Shown here: positions 31,060 to 41,981 of the stretch, piece by piece
How the letters are laid out: each line of letters starts with the position of its first letter
How positions within the stretch are numbered: the stretch's first letter is position 1
DNA from: Epithemia pelagica
Lineage: Eukaryota; Protista; Bacillariophyta
NCBI GenBank assembly: GCA_946965045.2
Contig: OX337233.1
Span: forward strand, 1,364,001-1,428,000
Reading direction: 5' to 3'
Length of the DNA: 64,000 nucleotides
The notes under the pieces: generated by a model
Told to the model about the DNA's origin: nothing
The model's database searches: none
Seen by the model: the letters and a program-made list of their open reading frames with translations, nothing else
Program-made: the position numbers and the translations under genes

Positions 31060-32625
31060 ATGGTGGTTTTTCGGTATTGGCCGCTCTTCCATCGTTGGAT
31101 CGGGGCAGGAATTTTCGTGTCTGCATGCCTTTTGCAGTCTGTAGAAGGTCGTTTGTTGGACACCCGAACGGCGAATGAAACCCAAGAACCCACAAGGAAT
31201 ACTACGACGATTGGTGCTCAGTCGTCGTCGTTGGACCAGAGTCATTCCACCATTTGGCGGTTTCCCTTGCATCAAGCGTCGGGAACACAACATGTCAATT
31301 TGTACATTGGACAACCTCCCACACGACAAACATGGATTCTCGATACCGGGTCCCGATTTTCGGCCACCTTGTGCGGTGCCTATTGTCCGGGTTGTACTGC
31401 AACAACATCCTCTAAAACAGCAACAACAACAACAACGAGAAGAAGGATCAATCCAAACCCCGCCTATCCCGGAAGTTTTACCAACAAAATGGTTCCTTGT
31501 GGTGAATGTCAAATGAAATCCACTTGTGAAGGCTTTCCAACGAGGGACGAAGGCAAGGCCATGCTTTCTTCGGCCTTTTCCTCCGCCATGAATGGTAGAA
31601 GCCAATCTTCTTCCACCACTGCAATGGATGCCTCGTATTGTCGATTAAATCAACGTTATACGGAAGGATCTCGCTGGACGGCTTGGGAAGTCAATGATAT
31701 CGTGGCCATGGAGGGAGCGGAACGTGTCTCTGGTGAAAATAGTCAGGAAAGGGATGACAAGGATATTGCTTGGGATATGGCAGTACCCTTGGCGTTTGGC
31801 TGCCAAACGGACATTCGGGGATTGTTTCGTCAACAATATGCCAATGGAATTTTGGGATTGCAACCGTCGAATTACTCCATTCCGTCCATTTGGTATCAGC
31901 AAGGCCTCATTCCACAAAATGGATCCTTTCGTTTATGCCTCCATCCTACGGGAGGTTGGTTCATGGTGGGACATGGACCCCATCACGTCACGCTCACGCG
32001 TCCGCCCCACACACCGCTACGCTATACACCCTCTGCGGCCGCGGCGCTCGGCCCCGAAACGACCAACCGCAACCAAAAGTTATGGTACGGCGTCTTGGTA
32101 GAATCCGTGTGGATGGGTAATCGTCTCTTGGCCGATATTGGTAGCAGTGCAACGTCCGATATAATACAGGCATTTCGTCATGGCAAGGCCACCTTGTTGG
32201 ATTCGGGAACCACCGATACCTTTCTGCCAGCCGCATTGGAACCCATTTTTTCTCAAGCATGGCAACAAGTCACGGGAATTCCCTACAGCCACCAACGACA
32301 GGACTACACATGGCTCCAATTTCAAACCTTGCCCGACATTTCCTTGATCCTCGAGGGCAATGTGACGTGGACACTGCGGCCCCAGTATTACATGGAAGGC
32401 GTGCCGCTCCGATCCATTCCAAACGACGACGACAACTCCACAAGGACGGACGATACAGGTGTGGTGGTGGAACCATGGTCCGGCACCAAACCATTGATCA
32501 ATCGACTCTATGTCGATGAACCAATGGGTGCTGTGTTGGGTTTGAACGCCATGATGGGGTATGAAATCGATTTCCACATTCCAACCAGAACCATTGGCAT
32601 GGCACCCGCAAACTGTCATGTATAA
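31060..32625 (+). CDS. Aspartic protease, pepsin (A1) family, secretory
   Basis: Signal peptide (WIGAGIFVSACLLQSVEG), the two catalytic motifs WILDTGS and TLLDSGT, GILGL and C-terminal AVLGLNAM. Confidence 0.9.
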   Translation: MVVFRYWPLFHRWIGAGIFVSACLLQSVEGRLLDTRTANETQEPTRNTTTIGAQSSSLDQSHSTIWRFPLHQASGTQHVNLYIGQPPTRQTWILDTGSRFSATLCGAYCPGCTATTSSKTATTTTTRRRINPNPAYPGSFTNKMVPCGECQMKSTCEGFPTRDEGKAMLSSAFSSAMNGRSQSSSTTAMDASYCRLNQRYTEGSRWTAWEVNDIVAMEGAERVSGENSQERDDKDIAWDMAVPLAFGCQTDIRGLFRQQYANGILGLQPSNYSIPSIWYQQGLIPQNGSFRLCLHPTGGWFMVGHGPHHVTLTRPPHTPLRYTPSAAAALGPETTNRNQKLWYGVLVESVWMGNRLLADIGSSATSDIIQAFRHGKATLLDSGTTDTFLPAALEPIFSQAWQQVTGIPYSHQRQDYTWLQFQTLPDISLILEGNVTWTLRPQYYMEGVPLRSIPNDDDNSTRTDDTGVVVEPWSGTKPLINRLYVDEPMGAVLGLNAMMGYEIDFHIPTRTIGMAPANCHV

Positions 32626-34139
32626 TAATAGTCCACAGACCTTCACCCACACCACACGGCATGTCAGGATGATTACGAATGGTAGTTGACACAATGCCAT
32701 TTTGGGTTATGAAGCCCTGGGCAGGAGCAACAAACCGTTTGTTAATGGACTCTCTCTGGATCAACCAGCATGATCAGACTTGAAAGTCATAATGAGTACG
32801 GAAATTCGTTTGCAGGCGTTTCAGCCAGAGCCATTGGAATTGCCTTCACTCACAACTGTTTTACATGGTTGGCTGATGCTACACTCAATATGGCAACCCG
32901 ATTGTGGAAATTCTCCCACGAATTCTCCGACCTATGCCCAGCACATGATGGTTCCCACATTTTGTAAAAACGGATTCTATGGATGGAAACGACTTGGTGA
33001 CCTAGAGGGGTAGGTAGTGTTCTGTCATTCCCCGAAATAGGCGGCCACTTTTACAGTCACGCCTTCCTCGATGAAAAGGACGTGTTTCGAACTCCATGAT
33101 ATTTTATTAAGAAGACAAAGGGATGCTCTTCACCAAGGGTGGTTTGATCTTTCGAGAGTCACCTTTATCAGAAAGGACCAGCCATATCAGACTGCTGGGA
33201 ATGCCAATGAAAAGAAATCAATAGATTCTTTACCAGATAGGGTAGAGTCGACCCAAGCCTTGAGAGGATGAGTAGGATAGGGTGAGTACTCCTAAAAGAA
33301 AAACAATGCATAGTAAGAGCAGCTTTGTGAGAGACTAGGTAGGTACTCCTAGAGATGGACCTAGAGGACACATGCCTAGCACCTCTAGAGAAGAAGATCC
33401 GCTACCCCTTGGACTTCTTAGGGCAGGTCATTTACGCCTAATCACTAGGAGTAATCATCAGACGATGTGCGGCGTACACTACAAACTCTATTTAGTGGTT
33501 CTACAAAAAATCCATGGTGTCCATGGTCCACCGATCACGAAATCAGCGGCATGTATAGAAAATCGAGTCTTTGGTCTATGATGTATCTGTTGTCTATGTA
33601 TGCATGCTTTATGTTTCGTTCGTCGGGCTTGGGATCGGGCCGATAAAGGTGTGATTCTCGTCTCTACAATGAGAACTGAAATCAACGGGCTAATGGTTAT
33701 CCAAAGGACAAAGGACCATTGCTGGTCGCCCACATGAAGAATCCCAAGCGAGTGCCATTCTTTCACTATTCCTAGGACTATCGAGGTTCTACTGCTCAGC
33801 AAAAGAGCTACCTAGCGTCGGATTCACAGTTCACACACCCCAATGGACTTGGGTTTGCCGAAAGCAAATCTCCTGGATTGAGGTATACCAGGAGAAAATC
33901 CATGAACAAATCTAAAGATAGAGACATCAATTCCCAATATTGAGTTCTTAATGTGGGACGTATCTATTGTCTATTGTCGTGGGAAATGGTGACGGTGAAT
34001 AGTGCTAAGTGCCGCCAAGGGCATTTTGTGGCGGCAGTCGTCGATCGTCCGGCGTGTTTTTGGGATAGTTGCACGTTGCGTCGTTACGTCTTCCCTCAAG
34101 CATTCAGCCATTCGCTGACTAGATTGGATCTAAGACGAT

Positions 34140-34630
34140 CATCCTACTAGTTAGTAATTACTATGTACTGCCCTGTAATTTGTAATGATGACAATATTGA
34201 CTTATCTAATAATATAAGCACTTAGCAGGTTGCAGCTTAGTGGTAGATTTTTGCCGGTGCCACGAGAAATGAATGTTTCTCCTTTCCTCCGTCTGCCGTG
34301 ACCATTGACTTTCTATTCTCTCTATTGTTTGCTAATATTTCTGAAGAAAACATTCATGTACGAGCTCTGATGGCTGATGGGGTATTTCTGAAGAGTATTT
34401 CAGCTAAGTAGATTACTAACTCTTTAACTACAAGCTACTAGAGCTAGAGGAACATTGAACATTATTCATTATTTGTTCATTGCACAATAGGAGTACATAA
34501 TATTATTAGTACAAGTACTTATAATATTGATTTTAGTATTCTAATTTTTATCACGAGTTACTAGGTAGTACAGGTAGCTTTCCATTACGCTAAATCCCAT
34601 CGCTTGCCTTCTTGAGAAGGCTTCATTACC
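34140..34630. other. Low-GC, TpA-rich intergenic island
   Basis: Hand counts of three 60-mers gave about 30% GC (34141), 40% (34201) and 18% (34501), clearly lower than the flanking genes. No ORF of 60 aa or more in the track here. Confidence 0.6.
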
Positions 34631-34921
34631 TCAAAATGAGTGTGTTTGTGGTTATCGATTACCTACAACACTCTCCGCGAAGGAGTGCAAGAAACGGTCT
34701 ATCAGTAGTTTGTCCGACGTCATGGGATTACAATTGCCCCACTGGGTAGGCCTCACCAACTTAGGTTGGCTTAGTTACTTAGAATCGTTTATCTATTGTA
34801 GTGTTGTCGGTGAACTCCGCCATTTCATCGGAAAAGAGAACGAGACCTCATCCAACATCCAAAAGACAGAAGATAAGCATTCAACCGCTGTATTTCGACA
34901 ACAGCTGAATGAAGACAAAGA

Positions 34922-36784
34922 ATGAATGATGAAACTGATCTCATTGACGTGATTGGATTGCCCTCGTCGCGGGCATTGACTTACAAGGACTACGCCGAGG
35001 TTCCAGCTCCACCGGAATGCGGTGAATCCAAATATCGAGGAGGAATCACGACCCATTTCCCCGCCTTGTTACACGCCTTGTTAACCAAGGCTGAAGTGGA
35101 TGGTTACAATGACATTTGCTCTTGGTATTCCCATGGACGAGCTTTCGCAGTGCATGATCGAGACAAGTTCGTTTCGGAAGTGATGCCTCTCTATTTCCGT
35201 CAAACGCAGTTCGCAAGCTTTCAAAGGCAATTGAACTTGTATGAGTTTCACCGATTGTGTCATGAAAGCTACCAAAAGAGTGCTGGATCATACTATCACC
35301 CCATGTTCCTTCGCACAAGACATGATCTATGCCCAGCGATCCAAAGACCAACGGAGAAGGAACTTAAAGAAGCCAAAAAGACAAGCAGACCAAACCCAAG
35401 AGGCAACCCAAATGATGACCCAGACTTTTCTACCATGAGACCCATGCCGCCGTCCCGACATAAGCATATCACAGCTGCGAGGAACATAACTCTCCCTCAG
35501 AGGAAAGCACCCTCCTTTGCGACAAAGGAAGAAGAGCCACCGAAGGCAGCTAAAATGGGGCAGCCGGGTGCTGTCGCCAAGAAACCCACTGAACTTTTGG
35601 CTGGAATGTTGGGCCATTCCTCAACAAATCAAGTCAGTGATGCTTATGAATCACTTTTCCTCGTAGATGGCGCAACGTCACAAGAAGAAGTCGACCTTTC
35701 GTGGATGGAACCGCGGCCCATTGCTCCTGAACTTGTTCCCTTGCTGCGAAATTCTCAAGTGTTAGCCGACCCTCCCAACGTAAGAGACTTTATGCTCCAA
35801 ACACCAGTTGCGCGCAGTTTCATGGTTGACAAAATCTCAAACCGTGAACCACTTTTACAGAGTCATAATGGAGAAAAGAAATCTCGTGATGGATCTATGA
35901 TTGGAGAGTCTTGTGCATCAGCCTTCGGACCACACTCGGTAAGATGATGCACAGTGGTGTGACTTCGCTCGAGGTATCCGTACAGCTCTGGCTTATGTGT
36001 TGCATTTCACTTTTTCTTCCAGGGAGACGTGAGGCTGACAATGAAGAGGAGTCTTCCTAGAGGCAATAGTCTCCTCCCTCCAATAGAAACAAACACGCGA
36101 CCATTCTCGGATCATAATGATCTCGAATTACCAGATTCGCATGAATTGCCACCTCCAAATAAAATCATGAGTGTTTTATCTTCGAAAGGAGAATCAGTCC
36201 ACCATCAATTTGCCGTGATGAACACGGCAACTGGTGAAGGTCAGAACACAAATTCGTAACTCTGTCTGGTCTACTGTACACGTTGCTTATCAATTCCATT
36301 GCTTGTTTCTACAACAGACTCGAAACGTCCATGTCCAGCCTTGGCGGACGTATGTCAATTAAATCGATCATCAAGGAAAGGCCAGGTACAGCCTCCATCT
36401 CTCCCCCGTACTTTCCAACAAGTTACGGATTTCCCCGCCGACCAATCGCTCATGATTACAAGTTTAGATTCGCCTTATCTCGTTATCTATGTCAATCCAG
36501 GATTAGAGATGTCATGGGGAATCAAGCGCGATGACATTGTGGACAAGCCTTTGCAAGGCTTGTGCAATACCGGAGACCACGCCAAACTTAATGCAGCCGC
36601 CTTCACTGTACTGCTCACGAAACAGTCAGAGAATGAGGTTGAACTCTCCTTTCAAGTTGGAAGGAGGATGCTAAAATTTCAAACACGGGTTGGATCATTC
36701 TACATGGCAGATGATCCAGGCCAACTTAATGATGCTCAATACTTGGTATGGCATCACGTTGAATTGGACGCCCCGAGAGGGTGA
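34922..36784 (+). CDS. Heat-shock-factor (HSF) family transcription factor with C-terminal PAS-like domain (3 exons)
   Basis: HSF DNA-binding domain FPALLHALL...SWYSHGRAFAVHD...YFRQTQFASFQRQLNLYEF...YYHPMFLR. Introns 35939-36022 and 36234(or 36240)-36317 join exons in frame to the PAS-like SLMITSLDSPYLVIYVNPGLEMSWGIKRDDIVDKPLQGL. Confidence 0.8.
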
Positions 36785-36990
36785 TCCGATGATTTTGTTA
36801 AGAATGATGCCCATTGCATATATCGTCGTCAAAAAAGACATTTTTGTTCGCTTCCTGAATCACTAAGCAGCTCGAAGTATTAACCTTTTTTTTGTTTCAA
36901 AAGGTGTCGTTCCCTAGTAGGCTCGCATACTGTCTTCAACCACTTCGGTTGGATAGGTCATCCACAAACATTCCTCATCCAAATTTTTGT

Positions 36991-39456
36991 TCAGGATCGC
37001 AACAGTGTATCGAGTATTGAACCAGCCCCATCTGGTAAACTTTTGTTCCATGTACTGGGTAGATTTTTTAGCAGCAATCTTGATGCTGCGGGGTCCCTCT
37101 TCCAATCATGGCCTGGACTTTTCTGAAGCTCTACGACATGACTTGCCTCGGCTTCCGAGAGGAGAAACACTCTACGCAAAACCGGAGTTCCAGCCATGGC
37201 GACTTCCCAGACGAGCTCCTGCGTTACCAAGGCGCAGTTCTTGGCTTCGCAAAACAAGGACTCCATAAAGGCTGGGGACGCGGCACTCTCATCCACCACA
37301 CGGGTCGCGTTGCAAATCCAAGCCATGACGGTATAGGTTTTCCAATTTCGTTTTCCATCGTGATACAAGTCCAAGGCAATGCCATATGCGTGCTGCCAGC
37401 TTTCCGGGGACTTGGCCTCCTGAAACACTCGAACACAAGATTTTAGAACGGAATAACAGTCCTCTGCCGGATACTTTTTACGTGACAGTCGATGGTCCGT
37501 CTCGCGCAGCATGGCGACGGTCTTGTTGAGGCAAAAGAGCTCATCGGTATCCGGAGGTACCGCCTGTTGAGCCCATGCCTCGATTGCTATCTTGGCAACA
37601 CTGACATTCCACTGGTCCCAGGCAGGTTTTTCTTCCAAGTATGCGCTCACATGTTCGGCTGCGAGAAGGTGGCCATGCTGACCCTCGTGCCGTTCGCCTC
37701 CCGCGCAATGACGAAGCCACGACTCGAGAACCAATCGAAGGTGTTTTGCATTGATTCGGTAATTCCGCGTTTCCATCTGTTGTAGATTTTGCTCGTTCCA
37801 TCGTGGAGCGTCGTCATGATTCGAGTTACGCCATGCGTCCATGACTAGATGAAAGGTCTGGTGATCGGGCAGGATACTTTGTCCTTGGTCTAGATTGTCC
37901 AGGATTGACTGCATGATAACAGGAGCATTACTGATCCCTGAAGAAAGCCATTTCTTTAGATTGGTATTGCATTGACGCGTTTCATCATAGGGCGTGGTAA
38001 GGGCACTGTCGGTGAGATGCTTCAATCGTGCTTCCTTGTCAGCCGCAGAAACGGATGAGTTGTGGTGCCAGGCGTTGTACAGAGAAATGAATATATCATG
38101 GTTTCGGTGCACTGGGTAGGTCTGAGATTCCAGCGGAACAGCATTCTTCGTTTCTTCCACCATGGAACAAACTGCATTATGAATGCGTTGCAGCCATTGG
38201 TCCTTTGCCTCTTGTGCGACGGATTCATTGTCGACAAGTCGACGGCCGGCATCCACCAGTATCTTTAGTGACCAGGAACGGTACGAATGGCCTTCTTGGA
38301 CAAACAAATCCACAAATTGGTCCGATGTGTTGATATGTCGCCGAAACTCTTGGATCAGCGACTCTAGTTCCGTCATAGTCTCTTCGTTAATGCACGTTTC
38401 GTCGGCCAAGAGTACGGTTCGATAACATTGCAGCATGAAATAGACACTGGACCATTCGAGTCCAATGTGAGGACTGGCCTTCATTCGTTCAAACAAACGT
38501 TTGGCACGCTCCAGTGATTGGGCTTCCGTGGATGCCAGTTTGGCGTAGGCGGAAAGAAGTGTGTTGTAGCAGGCGCGATCGGTCTGTGGTGGCACGGGCG
38601 CAATGCCCAGACTGTGCGACGGTGGACGGTTCTCCATGATTTCCAAAACGATCGTTTCCGCCCGGACAACACCTTCCCACGTGTTGGCAAAGGCCCATGC
38701 TCGACTCAGGTACTTGTAGGTTGTCATGTTGGGAGGGGGAGGCGAAACGACTGTCCTTGCGCCTCTTTTTTCGTCCTCCGTCATGAGTTGAACCAGACTT
38801 TCCGCTCGTTTGGCACCCTCAGTGGTTCGCAACGAGCCTTGAATCAAGCAGATTGTGTTGTAGTCGTCAATATCCAGCAAGAGAAGATGATTGGCGTTCC
38901 TGCATTCGGCATCTGTGTTTGTGTTGTGCAGAGGAAGACGAGAAAGGCAATTCAACAAGATTCGTTCGGCCAAATCCGCAACTCGTGATGGATTCTTGTT
39001 CATCAAAACCTGACAGGCACCGAGCAAGGGTTTGACAATCGTATCATGATCCGCTCGGAACAATGGCTTGTGCTCCAGTTCCACCACAGCTCGTTCCAGA
39101 TCTTGTACGGTTTGAATTCGACCAATCAGCTGGCCGTGTGACACATATTGATTGAACAAGATACGATTTTCACGGTTGTCCCAATGAGAGGAATGATATG
39201 GTTGACCTCCTCCTCCTCCGGCGTACCTGTCGGTACTGGTGGAATGGGAACGAAAGTGCGTGAAACGAGAATGATGGTCGTGGCGCGTGGATCTGTGACA
39301 ATCACTGTTCGCGGAGAAGCATCCGACGCCATTGCCTGTACATAGATTGAGACCAGACGGAACAAGGACCGACTTCAAACCATTGCTCTTCGAAAGCCTC
39401 TCTCGCACTATCCATCGGAAGGAGCGCTGCCGAAACGGGTGGGCGGCAAACACCAT
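36991..39456 (-). CDS. Pentatricopeptide-repeat (PPR)-like helical repeat protein
   Basis: 821-aa ORF with degenerate PPR-like units: PNMTTYKYLSRAWA, TDRACYNTLLSAYAK, PDHQTFHLVMDAWRNS, INAKHLRLVLESW and NWKTYTVMAWIC. Confidence 0.7.
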   Translation of the reverse strand: MVFAAHPFRQRSFRWIVRERLSKSNGLKSVLVPSGLNLCTGNGVGCFSANSDCHRSTRHDHHSRFTHFRSHSTSTDRYAGGGGGQPYHSSHWDNRENRILFNQYVSHGQLIGRIQTVQDLERAVVELEHKPLFRADHDTIVKPLLGACQVLMNKNPSRVADLAERILLNCLSRLPLHNTNTDAECRNANHLLLLDIDDYNTICLIQGSLRTTEGAKRAESLVQLMTEDEKRGARTVVSPPPPNMTTYKYLSRAWAFANTWEGVVRAETIVLEIMENRPPSHSLGIAPVPPQTDRACYNTLLSAYAKLASTEAQSLERAKRLFERMKASPHIGLEWSSVYFMLQCYRTVLLADETCINEETMTELESLIQEFRRHINTSDQFVDLFVQEGHSYRSWSLKILVDAGRRLVDNESVAQEAKDQWLQRIHNAVCSMVEETKNAVPLESQTYPVHRNHDIFISLYNAWHHNSSVSAADKEARLKHLTDSALTTPYDETRQCNTNLKKWLSSGISNAPVIMQSILDNLDQGQSILPDHQTFHLVMDAWRNSNHDDAPRWNEQNLQQMETRNYRINAKHLRLVLESWLRHCAGGERHEGQHGHLLAAEHVSAYLEEKPAWDQWNVSVAKIAIEAWAQQAVPPDTDELFCLNKTVAMLRETDHRLSRKKYPAEDCYSVLKSCVRVFQEAKSPESWQHAYGIALDLYHDGKRNWKTYTVMAWICNATRVVDESAASPAFMESLFCEAKNCALVTQELVWEVAMAGTPVLRRVFLLSEAEASHVVELQKSPGHDWKRDPAASRLLLKNLPSTWNKSLPDGAGSILDTLLRS

Positions 39457-39903
39457 TGTTGAGTCAAAAGATGATTCGGTCTATCCGAAAATCTACGATA
39501 GTTCGCTCGCTTTTGTATCGCTCTAATTTGCAGTCGCATTTTCAGAAGGAGAAGCGCTTCGGTCGCATTTGGTGCTTCGTTTCCTCTCGAATCTCGCGCC
39601 ATCATTCGCATCGACGCATACGCATTTTTCTCCTCTCGATCGTGGCCACCTCTTCCAATTTTGAGAGACAAGGACTTGTCGTTCCTTTGTTTGCACACAT
39701 AGAGGCGCTGCTTGGCCACTCGTTGTGGAGAGGAATCTTCTTACGTGGATAGAGGCTGAGAGCCAAAGACTGAGATCCACAACAATACCACTTCTTGCTC
39801 TTCCTCCTCCATTGCCCCTCGACCAACGTTACACTTTCGGTTGTACCCATACGCAACAACTCCAGGGAACGCAACAACATCAGCAAGAAACAGCAGCAGC
39901 AGC

Positions 39904-41658
39904 ATGGCGTCCATCACCGCATCGACGACACACAAAATGAAAAAGCCGGCGGCCAAACCGGTTCCAGGCAAGGCTGGCAAAGCAAGTGCCAGCAGCAATG
40001 CCGCGAAACAACGTGGATGGGCTCCTCCTCTCAAACCGTCCACGTATACATCGAGCACTGGTACTCCGTTGATGGATCTCAAATCGCTGGAGGCAACGGC
40101 GCGTCACAACGTGATTCGTGACTTGTTTCACACCGTCTTGGGCGAAACACCGACGACGGCGCAAAATTTGAGTGCCCCTCGTGTGGCCAATTCCACCACA
40201 CAAGATCGATCGGCCGCCGCGGCCGATTTGGCCATGATTGCCAAACACGTGACTGGTATTCGCTTTCTCATCAAGGACTGTGGTATTCATGAGCAAATGC
40301 AGAAATTGCTCTTCCCGACTGGCATTGAAGCCGTCATTAAAGTAAGCCCCGATGGTGCCTTGGATCCGAATGCCGCCGACGATAGCATCACACCGGCAGG
40401 GATCAAACCCAGTCGTTCGGCCATTAGTTTGACGAGCATGGACGACGCCACCACAGCCAGCAGCATTGTGGGAGGAGACGAAACCACGGCCGTGTCAGAT
40501 TCCAAGCGAGGGAAAACAACACCGGCCAATGCACGTGAAGGTTGTTTCTTGTTGATTCGAGCCTTGTGTGAAACGGTGGGCAGTCCGACCGTGGAACCCT
40601 ACGTGGTGGGAGCCTTTTTGGCAGCTGCCTTGGATGAATGTGCCAGTGGCAATGGTGCCATTCGACAAGCCGCACAAGATACATCCTTGGCCATTGTTCA
40701 AGTAGCCAATCCATGGTCATTTTCGTCGATTCTGCGGCCTTTGCTCTTGCAAACCATGCTCAATACCACCGAGTGGCGAATCAAGGCAGCGGCCTTGGAA
40801 TGCTTTCAACACTGTGCCAAAAGCAAGCCTGCCGTGGTACAAAAGCTCATTCCCAAGTTATTGCCACCCATGGTCGGCCAAGTATGGGATACCAAACCAC
40901 AGGTTTCCAAGGCGGCCAAAAGTGCATTGTTGGCTGTCTGCGAAACAAATACAAATCCCGATGTGAAAAAGACAATACCAGCCGTCGTGAATGCCATTTG
41001 CAAACCCAGCGATACTAACAAGGCCATATCAGAACTCATGGGTACAACCTTTGTGGTACCCGTCGATGCCTCCACCTTGGCGATTTTGTGTCCGGTTCTG
41101 GCTCGTGCTCTCAAAGAAAAGTTGGCTATTCACAAACGTGCCGCCTGTTTGGTCATTTCAAACATGAGTAAGCTGGTAGAGCGACCTGAAGCTGTGGCAC
41201 CTTTTGGATCACTGTTGGTTCCAGAATTGCAAAAAGTGTGCGAAAATGTACAGTTCCAAGAAATTCGAGATGAGGCCTTGAAAGCCTTGGCCAATCTCAC
41301 AAAAGCCTTGGGAGACTCATACAAGGTGACGGAAGAGGCGTCTGCTGTGAATGAAATGGAAGCAGAACAAGAGCGAGTGGAAGCAGAACAAAACAGAGTG
41401 CAGAAAGAAAAGGAGGAAGCACAGGCCAGAGAAGAAGAGCTGAAACGAAAGGAAGCTGAAGAAAAGCAAAGATTCAAAGAGGCCATGGATGCACAGCGCG
41501 AACTTGACAAACTAGAGGCGCAAAAAGCTGCCGAAAAACGACGGGAGAAAGAGAATCAGCGAGAAAAGGCCAAACTGAGTACAAAAGAGGCAAGTGGTAG
41601 ATGCCAAGCCTGTGGTCTCAAGAAATGCAAAAAGACGTGCGTGTTCGCCTCGAAATAA
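39904..41658 (+). CDS. HEAT-repeat protein resembling the eEF3/GCN1 N-terminal region, without ABC domains
   Basis: TEWRIKAAALE, VWDTKPQVSKAA, TFVVPVDASTLAILCPVLARAL and KRAACLVISNMSKLVE, followed by an E/K/R coiled coil and C-terminal CQACGLKKCKKTC. First ATG is 39904. Confidence 0.75.
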   Translation: MASITASTTHKMKKPAAKPVPGKAGKASASSNAAKQRGWAPPLKPSTYTSSTGTPLMDLKSLEATARHNVIRDLFHTVLGETPTTAQNLSAPRVANSTTQDRSAAAADLAMIAKHVTGIRFLIKDCGIHEQMQKLLFPTGIEAVIKVSPDGALDPNAADDSITPAGIKPSRSAISLTSMDDATTASSIVGGDETTAVSDSKRGKTTPANAREGCFLLIRALCETVGSPTVEPYVVGAFLAAALDECASGNGAIRQAAQDTSLAIVQVANPWSFSSILRPLLLQTMLNTTEWRIKAAALECFQHCAKSKPAVVQKLIPKLLPPMVGQVWDTKPQVSKAAKSALLAVCETNTNPDVKKTIPAVVNAICKPSDTNKAISELMGTTFVVPVDASTLAILCPVLARALKEKLAIHKRAACLVISNMSKLVERPEAVAPFGSLLVPELQKVCENVQFQEIRDEALKALANLTKALGDSYKVTEEASAVNEMEAEQERVEAEQNRVQKEKEEAQAREEELKRKEAEEKQRFKEAMDAQRELDKLEAQKAAEKRREKENQREKAKLSTKEASGRCQACGLKKCKKTCVFASK

Positions 41659-41981
41659 TGAGAGGACTCGGGAGGTAGACAATTTTGGGTGCATTCTTAG
41701 CACAGTGACTGAGTCTTCCAAACACAGGAGATCCACAATATTTACAGTCCGACTTAGACTCAGATAAATCCATATGTTAATACCATTTGGTTTTACATGC
41801 CATATTTGTTGCTTCTTTAAGTTGTCAGTCGAACTGTCATATCACAGTGGGCACATAGCTCTCGGGGTAGCTGTTGCAAATTGCAAAATCCAAACGATCC
41901 TAACGAATGCTTCCAGACAAGGGGCATTGACAGTAAGAAAGATTGACGGGGAATAGGAACTACACTATTTATGTGCTTAAA

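Noticed and set aside
32650-33800. Possible transposon/LTR remnant in the long intergenic gap
   Set aside because: No terminal repeats, target-site duplication, or RT/integrase/transposase motifs recognised. Only the TAG-rich motif is reported.
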